This document shows, in pieces, positions 49,449-58,204 of a stretch of 64,000 bases of DNA. How positions within the stretch are numbered: position 1 is the first letter of the stretch; each line of letters begins with the position of its first letter. The notes under the pieces were generated by a model, which did no database searches, was not told the DNA's origin, and saw only the letters and a list, made by a program, of their open reading frames with translations. The stretch comes from a virus. Taxonomy: Duplodnaviria > Caudoviricetes. The position numbers were made by a program, and so were the translations under genes. Location: the IMG/VR virus record IMGVR_UViG_3300028601_000021, positions 92,030 to 156,029 of that record; one strand, written 5' to 3'.

Positions 49449-50006
49449 ATGGCTAAAAAAATAAAGTTTCCTAAAGTGATAGCTTACACGGATGGTAGTT
49501 ATATAAATACTACTGATGCTGGTGGATGGGCTGCTTATATAGAATCTGAACAAGGACAAGATATTACTATCTCTGGTGGTACTATTAACACTAGTAATAA
49601 CCGTATGGAAATGTATGCTATTTTGATGGTATTGCGTACATTGACAGTACCTTGTGATTTAGTCATATATAGCGATAGTCAGTATTGTATCAATGGTATC
49701 ATGGATTGGATGTATAAGTGGGCTCGTAAGAATTGGATGAGAGATGGTGAGCTTATACCTAACCACGATCTGTGGATGGAGATATACGACGAAGTACAAA
49801 AGATGAATAGTGTCACTTGTCATTGGGTAAAAGGTCATAATGGTGATCCTAATAATGAGTTAGTGGATGGCTTAGCTCAATATTGGTCAAGACTAGTGAA
49901 ACCTACTCCCGAACAACAACGCATACAAGCAGCTAAACAAAAGTCTAAACCTAAGTCTAAATATAAGTATTGGTTACAAGCCAAGAAGAAAAAATATAGA
50001 GACTAA
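49449..50006 (+). CDS. rnhA: Ribonuclease HI
   Basis: AYTDGS, GGWAA, TSNNRMEM, SDSQY, NHDLW and WVKGHNGDPNNELVDGLA; basic C-terminal tail. Confidence 0.95.
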   Translation: MAKKIKFPKVIAYTDGSYINTTDAGGWAAYIESEQGQDITISGGTINTSNNRMEMYAILMVLRTLTVPCDLVIYSDSQYCINGIMDWMYKWARKNWMRDGELIPNHDLWMEIYDEVQKMNSVTCHWVKGHNGDPNNELVDGLAQYWSRLVKPTPEQQRIQAAKQKSKPKSKYKYWLQAKKKKYRD

Positions 50007-50016
50007 TGGTGAATAC

Positions 50017-50061
50017 CTACTTATACCACAGTACCCATTATAGGTACTGTGGTATAAGTAG
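50017..50061. repeat. Palindrome; 31-bp core identical to 42618..42648
   Basis: ctacttataccacagtacc-cattata-ggtactgtggtataagtag. Confidence 0.8.
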
Positions 50062-50082
50062 TGGTGGTGGTCTTATCTTCTT

Positions 50083-50649
50083 TTATGAATTAATGATGTC
50101 TATCTTACTGCGTAGATATCCATTACGGATAAATGTTTCGGTAAGAGAAATAAATTTACCTTCCGGATACAGGTCTTGATCTACTGGTGTGACGGTATAC
50201 AGTACGCTTGGTACATGAGATCTCCGCACAGCACCATTCTGGTATAGGGTACGGGTTACTTTGATATTCGTTTTCGAAATGATAACGTACTCTTCTTTAT
50301 CGAATAAAAGAATAGTACCGAGATCGAACTTAGGTTCTGGTTTACCAAATGTATTCGGTAATTCATTTACATCAGATAAAGCTGTGGAATTATAGGATTC
50401 ACCATTATCATGCTGAATACCATCCAATCCACTAGCTTTTACGGAAATGAGATCACCATAACCACCAGACCAACCACAGTGTTCGCACTCTATTGCTGTA
50501 TTTGGATTACTGATAGCATCATGTAATTCGTCATGCGGAACAAATTCCATTTCCCATTCAAGATCTCTATTGATTTTAGCTGTGGACATTACTTCAGTGG
50601 AGAGATAGGGACTGTAACATTCTGGACAAACTACATCACTTGGCATCAT
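50083..50649 (-). CDS. Hypothetical zinc-ribbon protein
   Basis: CPEC and CEHCGW. Confidence 0.6.
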   Translation of the reverse strand: MMPSDVVCPECYSPYLSTEVMSTAKINRDLEWEMEFVPHDELHDAISNPNTAIECEHCGWSGGYGDLISVKASGLDGIQHDNGESYNSTALSDVNELPNTFGKPEPKFDLGTILLFDKEEYVIISKTNIKVTRTLYQNGAVRRSHVPSVLYTVTPVDQDLYPEGKFISLTETFIRNGYLRSKIDIINS

Positions 50650-51133
50650 TGTTCTCCTTTAAATAATGAAATAGATCAGTACCGGATATCATATTCTTAC
50701 TTTCGACTTTGGTTTTCATGGCTTGCTTCCAAACTGAAGGAGGTACGTCAAATCCTTCTAACCAGTTATTCCAATGTAACCACCACATAGGTGCTATTAC
50801 CCATGAATAATCGTCCGGTAGTTCTAATTTAGAAACAGGTATACCAAACTTAAGTCTAGCTGACGATGAATGACCTAAAATTAAATGTCCATAGTAAGCA
50901 CCAAACCACCTATGAACTAATCGGGTACCTAATTCAGCATGTCCTGCATTAGATTTATCAGTAATATAATTAGTACCGATATACCCGATATCGTGAAGAA
51001 ATATACAAATTAGTTCTTTCCAAGTAGGCCAGTTACCATATACTTTATACCAGGCTATAGTAACTAAGATACTGTGGATAGGACTATGAGCTCCAAACAA
51101 TATAGATTTAGTACCTTCTGATATGAATTTCAT
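50636..51133 (-). CDS. HD-domain-like protein
   Basis: HSPIHS, FLHDIGY, GHAELG, GHS and PDD. Confidence 0.55.
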   Translation of the reverse strand: MKFISEGTKSILFGAHSPIHSILVTIAWYKVYGNWPTWKELICIFLHDIGYIGTNYITDKSNAGHAELGTRLVHRWFGAYYGHLILGHSSSARLKFGIPVSKLELPDDYSWVIAPMWWLHWNNWLEGFDVPPSVWKQAMKTKVESKNMISGTDLFHYLKENNDAK

Positions 51134-51136
51134 GCA

Positions 51137-51922
51137 CTATTCCTTTGTGGCTATGGATACCAACATCGGAGTTTCAGACCAATCTACTTTAATACCTATA
51201 GCTTTCCAATCAGAATACAATTCTTCTTTTATTTCTAATTCCTTTTCAGTACATCTAGCTAAAATGAAATTAGGCGCATTGGGTCCAAAAAGAAGATCTT
51301 CATCATTCGTAGATAATTTCACCATAGGGCCATAATGTTCTTTGTCTGGATACCAATCATCGATCTCAAATACCAGATCGTGTACTTCTTCTGGTTTATC
51401 GTGATCTCTAGCTTTCACTTCTTTTAAGGTAGAAATGATAGGTACTTTACTACCATAGTGACCTTTAGGGAATTCATGATCAGTGACACTCACTAATAAA
51501 CAATGTTTGAATTCTTCGATCATAGCTGATTTTGCATAATCGAAATATTCTTCTTTTGTCTCTAATGCTTTATATCCACCTACAGCAAGAGAATCGTGGA
51601 GATTAGAAAATCTACGAATAGCATCTCTTATATAAGCAGGTGTATCAGAGGAACAAACAATTAAATATACCCAGGTGATATCGGTTCTAGTCATTTCTTT
51701 ATATCGAACCAATCTAACATATTCTTGTATATCTATAATGAAGTCTTTATAGGATTCCAATTTATATGTTTCATAATCCAAGAAAGCGGTCATGACATCA
51801 CAACGAATCATATCTTTCTTAGAAGGTACCCAAACAAAAGAAGGTACTTGAATTCCACAGAAAATCTTTTTCTTTGTATCGAAGTGAGAAAAGAGCGGTA
51901 ATTCCATTGGTGTTTTGTACAT
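51137..51922 (-). CDS. Hypothetical protein
   Basis: 261 aa, SD AAGGAG, upstream promoter motif. Confidence 0.6.
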   Translation of the reverse strand: MYKTPMELPLFSHFDTKKKIFCGIQVPSFVWVPSKKDMIRCDVMTAFLDYETYKLESYKDFIIDIQEYVRLVRYKEMTRTDITWVYLIVCSSDTPAYIRDAIRRFSNLHDSLAVGGYKALETKEEYFDYAKSAMIEEFKHCLLVSVTDHEFPKGHYGSKVPIISTLKEVKARDHDKPEEVHDLVFEIDDWYPDKEHYGPMVKLSTNDEDLLFGPNAPNFILARCTEKELEIKEELYSDWKAIGIKVDWSETPMLVSIATKE

Positions 51923-51966
51923 GAATAACTCTCCTTAAGTAAGTGGTGGTGGGTAGTGTTCACCCT

Positions 51967-51977
51967 AGTAATATATA
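51967..51977 (-). promoter_or_regulatory. Early-promoter-like motif TATATATTACT
   Basis: Exact repeated motif. Confidence 0.65.
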
Positions 51978-51994
51978 GATGAAAAATAATTGCG

Positions 51995-52035
51995 TATACC
52001 ACTACGGTACCTGCTAAAGGTACCGTAGTGGTATA
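51995..52035. terminator. Perfect 18-bp palindrome
   Basis: tataccactacggtacct...aggtaccgtagtggtata. Confidence 0.7.
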
Positions 52036-52039
52036 TACT

Positions 52040-53305
52040 TCATTTCAATAACTGCACTTTAGCGATCAATACATCTATCCATTGAGTCTTTCTTCTTTTA
52101 TCATCACAGAGGATAGGCTTCATTGGATTGTTCTCGTATAAATACTTATGCCCTAATTGTTCTGGTATACACCAGCTATCTGGTAATTCTTTATACTCTC
52201 TATTCTTGATATCCAAATAGCGCTGAGTCTTACCAGTATAAGCTAAAGTACCTTTAGCCATAGCTCTTTCCAATACATAAATGATCGTAGATATACCTGG
52301 AATCTTGTATTGATTAGTAGTGGTGTGGATAAAAATATGATTCCATAATGCACACATACTCATATTCCAATATCTACCTTCAATCAATTTACGTACTTTA
52401 TACTCAGCTAATTTACTGTCAGTTAACAGATAATAAGCGGTGTGAGTATATACATTACTATGTACAGTATACCAGGATACCATAAACCATTTCTTAACAA
52501 AAATTCCATAATCTCCTCTATCTAACAATAACAACGGAAAGTAACAAATACGTAATATATAAAACATACGATAAAAGATAGGATCGTCCGTCAATCTATA
52601 TCCTACCAACAACCAAGTTAATAATCTAGTGACATCTGGTCCTAACCCAAACCAACGATAGAGATAACCTCTATCGATTTCTACATCATCGCCCACTTCT
52701 GATTTAGCATGGGAAAAAGAAAGCAAATGCTTATCTTTACCATAAGGATCTACTTCTTTGAATGTAGTACTGTACCAAAGTTTAATTAACTTTTCTTTTA
52801 TATCAGGACGTTTATTAAGATTAGGAAAGAATTTCTTACTTTCCACTACCAACCAATATAAAAGACCACTGGTCATATCACCACTGAAATTATGGGTATC
52901 ATATCTCTCTTCATTGTCTAAGGGGTGTCTACCTATGGTACCTTTTACAGTAATATAGTTACCGACTATATCCAGTAATTCCTGCTTCTTTTTCTCTAGT
53001 TCTGGGATATCATAGATACTAGCTAAAAGGATAGCTATCCATTTAAAGCCATCACCGTCTTCAGTGACTGCATTTAATTTAAAATCATTGACTTCTTTAA
53101 TGATCTTTTCACTGTTGGGTAACAATCCATGACCTGTAGCAGCATCTACAGAATCCAATACATCCTTATAAATCATTTTATCTATACATTGATAACTTAC
53201 AGAGGGACACCAAGCGAATCGGATAAATAAGGTCACGATACATTTTAAAGGTTGCAACAAAATGATATCCATTAAAAAGAAACAAATCAGTTTGAACATA
53301 GACAT
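52040..53305 (-). CDS. Hypothetical protein (aromatic-rich)
   Basis: Start re-assigned by SD AGGAG; DGDG and FSGDMTSG segments. Confidence 0.55.
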   Translation of the reverse strand: MSMFKLICFFLMDIILLQPLKCIVTLFIRFAWCPSVSYQCIDKMIYKDVLDSVDAATGHGLLPNSEKIIKEVNDFKLNAVTEDGDGFKWIAILLASIYDIPELEKKKQELLDIVGNYITVKGTIGRHPLDNEERYDTHNFSGDMTSGLLYWLVVESKKFFPNLNKRPDIKEKLIKLWYSTTFKEVDPYGKDKHLLSFSHAKSEVGDDVEIDRGYLYRWFGLGPDVTRLLTWLLVGYRLTDDPIFYRMFYILRICYFPLLLLDRGDYGIFVKKWFMVSWYTVHSNVYTHTAYYLLTDSKLAEYKVRKLIEGRYWNMSMCALWNHIFIHTTTNQYKIPGISTIIYVLERAMAKGTLAYTGKTQRYLDIKNREYKELPDSWCIPEQLGHKYLYENNPMKPILCDDKRRKTQWIDVLIAKVQLLK

Positions 53306-53323
53306 GATTAGATTACTCCTAAA

Positions 53324-53357
53324 CACTACTGGTGTAGTTTAAATTACACCAGTAGTG
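53324..53357. terminator. Intergenic palindrome
   Basis: cactactggtgta...tacaccagtagtg. Confidence 0.6.
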
Positions 53358-53370
53358 AGGATATGGTTAT

Positions 53371-53649
53371 TTAGTCTCTTGTAAGGATATCAACAATTTC
53401 AGTATCATCATCTAAATCAGTATTCAATCTAGATAAACTAGTGAGATTGTTGACTTTTGTTAATATATCTTTTCTATCAGTAGCTATATGTTGCCATTTC
53501 TTCTTCTCTTTCTTGAGATGATCAATGGTTTGTAATAGATCATTGATAGTGTGGACAGGATATCCATATGAAGCTTTCTTACCTTTACGCAATTCATCAT
53601 CATTGCGTTGACGAAGTGCTGCCAATTGACTACTGGATAAGATACTCAT
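53371..53649 (-). CDS. Hypothetical coiled-coil protein
   Basis: 92 aa, ATGA overlap with the upstream gene. Confidence 0.6.
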   Translation of the reverse strand: MSILSSSQLAALRQRNDDELRKGKKASYGYPVHTINDLLQTIDHLKKEKKKWQHIATDRKDILTKVNNLTSLSRLNTDLDDDTEIVDILTRD

Positions 53650-53978
53650 TCTTCTGCCACCAATAGTCTACGTTGCAATTCCATTTGTAAGGAATACATG
53701 TATTCTTTGTAGATGACTAAATAATTAGTATCTTTTGTTCTATCTATCAAATCTGTATATTTGGTAATTTCTTCTATGATAAAATCATGAGAATAAGTAC
53801 TCACTCGTCGCATCTTAGATAATAACACATTAGCTGTTTCATTTACATCATTGACACGAGTGGGTATTTTCCCATGGTTCACTCGATAGTACTGTAATGC
53901 ACTGCGTACCCATTCCGAAATATTGTCTTTAGCTAACTGGATATTGGATACACATTCATCTACAGTCATAGTGGTCAT
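53646..53978 (-). CDS. Hypothetical protein (paralogue family C)
   Basis: Similar to 54275..54622; SD AAGGAG. Confidence 0.55.
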   Translation of the reverse strand: MTTMTVDECVSNIQLAKDNISEWVRSALQYYRVNHGKIPTRVNDVNETANVLLSKMRRVSTYSHDFIIEEITKYTDLIDRTKDTNYLVIYKEYMYSLQMELQRRLLVAEE

Positions 53979-53991
53979 AGCTGAAACTCCT

Positions 53992-54285
53992 TTAGTTGAT
54001 AGGTTCTATGATTTCAGAGGAATATCTAAATACATCTGTATTGACACCACTCGCCTCTATAGCTTTTACTGAATAAAACAACCAAACAGGATAATCGTAC
54101 ACTATCTCACCTATAGTGACATTCTCTATAGATATGAGTAAGATATCTTCATAGATATCATGGAGGGTACCTGCTTCTAGTGCAAATAAGTAAATTACCA
54201 TGTCATGAGATATATTACTATCTTCTATTTTAAGAGGCAAGATATCGGAGATATTCAAGTGTTCTATAAGTTTTCTAATTTCCAC
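53992..54285 (-). CDS. Hypothetical protein
   Basis: 97 aa in a tightly packed operon. Confidence 0.5.
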   Translation of the reverse strand: MEIRKLIEHLNISDILPLKIEDSNISHDMVIYLFALEAGTLHDIYEDILLISIENVTIGEIVYDYPVWLFYSVKAIEASGVNTDVFRYSSEIIEPIN

Positions 54286-54622
54286 GATCAGATCTCCTGT
54301 GTATAAGTTCTACTTCATAAGCACGTATGAGGTTATTTAGTACGTATACCTTATAATCATCTTGAAACTCGACTATCTTTTCTTTTAATTTAGTAAGTTT
54401 AAATTTCAAAGCAGTAGTGGTTTCTTTTGGTATTTGATGTACCATCTTAATTACCTTTTCAGTAAACAATTCTAATTCCACCACATTTGGTGGTATCCGA
54501 TTATAAGTATTCAGATAATACTCTTTTGTCTGATTCATGGCAGACATCAAATGATGAACCACTTGCTCCATATGTTTAGCTTGCAGTTCTATCATCTTAG
54601 CTGATCTAGTCATATTCACCAC
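54275..54622 (-). CDS. Hypothetical protein (paralogue family C)
   Basis: Similar to 53646..53978. Confidence 0.55.
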   Translation of the reverse strand: MVNMTRSAKMIELQAKHMEQVVHHLMSAMNQTKEYYLNTYNRIPPNVVELELFTEKVIKMVHQIPKETTTALKFKLTKLKEKIVEFQDDYKVYVLNNLIRAYEVELIHRRSDRGN

Positions 54623-54642
54623 CGCGTGGTATATAGATACCC

Positions 54643-55290
54643 TTATTGTAATCTATACATGGGTGTTATCAGTCTATTGTTCCATGTACGTTGAAATACC
54701 CCATATTCACTTTTATATCTAGCAATCTCATTCATCCAATGTAGACATCTTTCGTAGATATTGTAGGTATACTCAGGTATGGATACATATTCACTACAAA
54801 CGAAACATTTCTCTATTTCATTCTTCATGAATCCATTTAGACCTTCTTCTACTTGCTTCTTCATAGAAGCTCTGTACTTTTCCATCATGAATTCATTATC
54901 AGCCCACTGATCAATTATCTGGTGGGTATAGGTGATTACTAGTTCCTGTAATTTATCTCTTCCTAACATCTCATAACGGTGACCATGTATATCCACAGGA
55001 ATAAATATCGCTACACTATTGAGATACTTAGCCAATTCTTCTTTAGACATGACTACATCTTTCTTATTGCTCGGTATAGAAAAAGAAAATTTAATGAATC
55101 GTTTAGAAAGATAAGCCAAAGAAGGAATATACTTATCACTTACGATAATTTCACCTTTAGCTAAAGAACAACATTCTTTATTTATTTCAGTAAAAGTACG
55201 AATAGGGGTAAATAAATCAGTGCAATCATTCACTACTTTATTATGTTTTAACATATCAACAAAACTGATTTTATCACTGATGATCAACAT
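54643..55290 (-). CDS. Hypothetical protein
   Basis: 215 aa, SD GAGG. Confidence 0.55.
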   Translation of the reverse strand: MLIISDKISFVDMLKHNKVVNDCTDLFTPIRTFTEINKECCSLAKGEIIVSDKYIPSLAYLSKRFIKFSFSIPSNKKDVVMSKEELAKYLNSVAIFIPVDIHGHRYEMLGRDKLQELVITYTHQIIDQWADNEFMMEKYRASMKKQVEEGLNGFMKNEIEKCFVCSEYVSIPEYTYNIYERCLHWMNEIARYKSEYGVFQRTWNNRLITPMYRLQ

Positions 55291-55319
55291 GACTACGTAC
55301 CTCTGTATATTACTATGAT

Positions 55320-55430
55320 ATAGGTGATGGGACTGTCACTTAGCAGTATATGGGTGATACTGCTGGAAACTCCTGGTGGGGGTATAGTACTAGCTGCCTC
55401 TATATGGGGTGGCTAGTACTATACTTTTTA
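55320..55430 (+). ncRNA. Candidate multi-hairpin small RNA with intrinsic terminator
   Basis: Upstream TATATTAC (55306-55313); back-to-back hairpins with G-U pairs valid only on +; 19-bp final stem followed by TTTTT. Confidence 0.5.
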
Positions 55431-55459
55431 TACGAAAAATATGATCCTGCATATAATCA

Positions 55460-55503
55460 TACAGTGGACACTACTTACTTTGGTGTAAGTAGTGTCCACT
55501 GTA
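55460..55503. terminator. Perfect 19-bp palindrome after 55520..56368
   Basis: tacagtggacactacttac...gtaagtagtgtccactgta. Confidence 0.7.
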
Positions 55504-55519
55504 TATCGCGTGTGGTAGA

Positions 55520-56368
55520 TCAGGATTTAACGAACAAAGACGCCACTTCGATATTAGAAGTACGTTTCAGATACTTTTCTACAGTACCCACACCTTTATG
55601 GGTATTGTATTCCGATTTCCATAATTTACCTCTAGACAACCTAGTGTTTACCTTAGCATAAAGATTTGGTTCTCTGTGCCAATAATAGGTAATACACATA
55701 GCTATCTGATATGGTACATTTCTTGCTAAATTATCCTTTAAAGATAAGTTCCTATCATAGAAACCCATGATACTTTTGTAGACATCAGAGTGATTTTCTT
55801 TAGTCCACTTCATGAGATATTTGGCAGTAGTGAGTTGTATTTGAGCAGAACCATATGCACCTTTATGAGGTACAGGATTTCTACCCAATTCACTCTCTGC
55901 AGCCATAGTCTCTACTACCAGTAGTTTTAGACCAGTAGAACTCTTGATGTGAGGTAACCGTTGGAATACGGCACTTATCGTCTGTAGGAGTTTTACTTGA
56001 TCCATTGGTTCACCACCAGTCCATTTCTTTATCACTATAGGCTTTACATCACTGGTGACGTAGCGTATAGCTAATGGACTATTCGTTGGTCGTACTTCGG
56101 ATGTAGAGTTACTGGGCACTACTACATCATCCACTTTGGGGATCGGTACCACAGGAGCACTTAAGAGATGGGTATTCCATTTCTCCATAGTAGCCACTGG
56201 TATGTCGCAGGTTTTATCTCTAGGCATTCCTGTATTAGGAACTACTAGTAACACTACGGCTATTGATATTGTAAACACCCAATGTATACTGTTTGTTAAA
56301 TTGTTAAACAAGTTAAATACTCCTTTGTCGTTCCGTACACGATGAGTATCCGAGTCGTATACGTCCAT
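55520..56368 (-). CDS. Membrane-anchored lysozyme-like / lytic transglycosylase-like protein
   Basis: TM segment then ETMAAESELG (putative catalytic Glu), AYGSAQI..TA and WKSEYNT..G. Confidence 0.55.
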   Translation of the reverse strand: MDVYDSDTHRVRNDKGVFNLFNNLTNSIHWVFTISIAVVLLVVPNTGMPRDKTCDIPVATMEKWNTHLLSAPVVPIPKVDDVVVPSNSTSEVRPTNSPLAIRYVTSDVKPIVIKKWTGGEPMDQVKLLQTISAVFQRLPHIKSSTGLKLLVVETMAAESELGRNPVPHKGAYGSAQIQLTTAKYLMKWTKENHSDVYKSIMGFYDRNLSLKDNLARNVPYQIAMCITYYWHREPNLYAKVNTRLSRGKLWKSEYNTHKGVGTVEKYLKRTSNIEVASLFVKS

Positions 56369-56463
56369 CTAAACTAGTTTATTAAAGTGCAAGAATAACG
56401 ATGACCCACATTCATAATCACCTCCTTACTGATATTAATTACAGATTGCTCTATTCTCAATAT

Positions 56464-56474
56464 AGTAATATATA
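56464..56474 (-). promoter_or_regulatory. Early-promoter-like motif TATATATTACT
   Basis: Exact repeated motif. Confidence 0.65.
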
Positions 56475-56519
56475 CGTGTGATATAGTGAGTGACACTTTA
56501 ATAAATAAAACTAGATAAC

Positions 56520-56990
56520 TTATCTACTTTGAGATAGTACTTCGTATTCATCTAATACGATCACATTGTTATCTAAGCTAGGTTCAGTTTTGATGAGATT
56601 AAAATATCGTCTGATGTTTTTCCAGTCTATACCGATCTGGTAGCCATCATCGAGTTTAAAGGATTTTAAAGTTATACCTACAGATTTATCATCGATATAG
56701 TAGTCAGCGTAGGCTTTAGGACTATTGGACCATTCCTTCTGCTCGGGATACTCATTTATAGCATCGAAATGTAATCCACGTACGGCACACCATTCTACTG
56801 CAGCTTTTAAAGACTCATCGGCACGACAAGTCCAAAGCATCAACTTAAAGCCCAATTGCTTCAGTTGTAGTAAGGTAGGGATAGCTTCTGGATTACATCT
56901 ACCAATTTCAGGAAACTCAGCTCCTGATAAGGTAATAGTAGAATCAAAGTCTACAGCTATCCATTTGTTTTTAGTATCTGGTGCGCTCAT
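56520..56990 (-). CDS. HAD-superfamily phosphatase (BT0820-like)
   Basis: IAVDFDSTI, LWTCR and KAYADYYIDDK. Confidence 0.85.
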   Translation of the reverse strand: MSAPDTKNKWIAVDFDSTITLSGAEFPEIGRCNPEAIPTLLQLKQLGFKLMLWTCRADESLKAAVEWCAVRGLHFDAINEYPEQKEWSNSPKAYADYYIDDKSVGITLKSFKLDDGYQIGIDWKNIRRYFNLIKTEPSLDNNVIVLDEYEVLSQSR

Positions 56991-57035
56991 AGCTAAATAG
57001 CCCCATTTAAATATACAGTTATATATGTAAACCTA

Positions 57036-58193
57036 CTAAAGATGAATGTGAATATGGATTTCTTTATTATCCTTACTCACTTTAATGTCTTCAGTAGTGG
57101 ATTCCACGGTAGATGATACAAGAGTACCTTTATCTCCACATTTACAGTCGGTACAAGTAGACTTTATTGAATCTAAATGTGAAAAAGCACGGTACATCGA
57201 CAAGTAAAAATCTTCTACTATAGAATCATCATAAGCTGTACAACTTTCTCTTATCTTTTCAAAAATATCTATAGTTCTAGTGAAATGATCTTTAAGATAC
57301 TTATTATCGGAATTACCTATAACCGTACAAGTATCTTTCATGATCTGTTTCCATTTAGGAGAAGTAGTTTCTTCTGTCTTTTGGATATCGATCACCTTAT
57401 CCACAGTAGTCACTTGTTCTTCTAAAGACATGAGTGATTTCTGTAGATAGTCGTCGGCTTCTTGCTCATTGACAAGCTTAGTGAACTCTTCATATACATC
57501 GGCCAATATGAATTTATCATTAAAATTATCAGTGAGGTATTGTGCGACATATCCAGGGAAATCTAAGTTACTTTCCTGGATGTAAAATCTTTCATGGAAA
57601 TCAGTATCATCGTTACTTACAAGTACGCCAGGTATATACATGATACCATAGGCAGTATTCTTGGAAACGATAGTAAGGAAGTCGTTCCATACTCTCATCT
57701 CTGTGGGTTTACGAATAGAAATGATCTGGAGAAAATCCCATCCATTTTTATCACCGTCATTTACAAAATCTTCTAGTGTTTGGTCGCGACTATGTAGGAT
57801 AGAGTCTAATGTATCTTTACGTAACTCTATATCTTTGGAGCTTAGTGCGGTGACTAGAGGACGTAATACCGGAATGATAATATCTTCTTCTTTGATATTA
57901 TTGAGATCCGGTTTACTATATATCACAAAGTAATGATATCGAATATCTCCAGAAGTAGGAACATTGTTGGCTATTTCAAACACCAATGTTTTTATCTGAG
58001 AATATTCTGTTTCGATTCTAACACCAATACAAGAATTGAGAAATAAATCAGATACTACTCTTTTAGTAGCAGATTCTATGTCTAAATCAGGTAAAAATTC
58101 CACTAATTGATTGGCTACGATATCCTCAATTCCTAACCAGTCGTATATCTGAGGAATATCAGCTAAGTGGGCTTGATAAGTCTTACTATCCAT
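57036..58193 (-). CDS. Hypothetical protein
   Basis: 385 aa, acidic, ends IHIHIHL; SD AAGGAG. Confidence 0.6.
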   Translation of the reverse strand: MDSKTYQAHLADIPQIYDWLGIEDIVANQLVEFLPDLDIESATKRVVSDLFLNSCIGVRIETEYSQIKTLVFEIANNVPTSGDIRYHYFVIYSKPDLNNIKEEDIIIPVLRPLVTALSSKDIELRKDTLDSILHSRDQTLEDFVNDGDKNGWDFLQIISIRKPTEMRVWNDFLTIVSKNTAYGIMYIPGVLVSNDDTDFHERFYIQESNLDFPGYVAQYLTDNFNDKFILADVYEEFTKLVNEQEADDYLQKSLMSLEEQVTTVDKVIDIQKTEETTSPKWKQIMKDTCTVIGNSDNKYLKDHFTRTIDIFEKIRESCTAYDDSIVEDFYLSMYRAFSHLDSIKSTCTDCKCGDKGTLVSSTVESTTEDIKVSKDNKEIHIHIHL

Positions 58194-58204
58194 GTCATTT
58201 CTCC

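Noticed and set aside
55350-55661. 103-aa + strand ORF
   Set aside because: Runs through two strong hairpins and overlaps the minus-strand gene; a structured RNA explains the region better.
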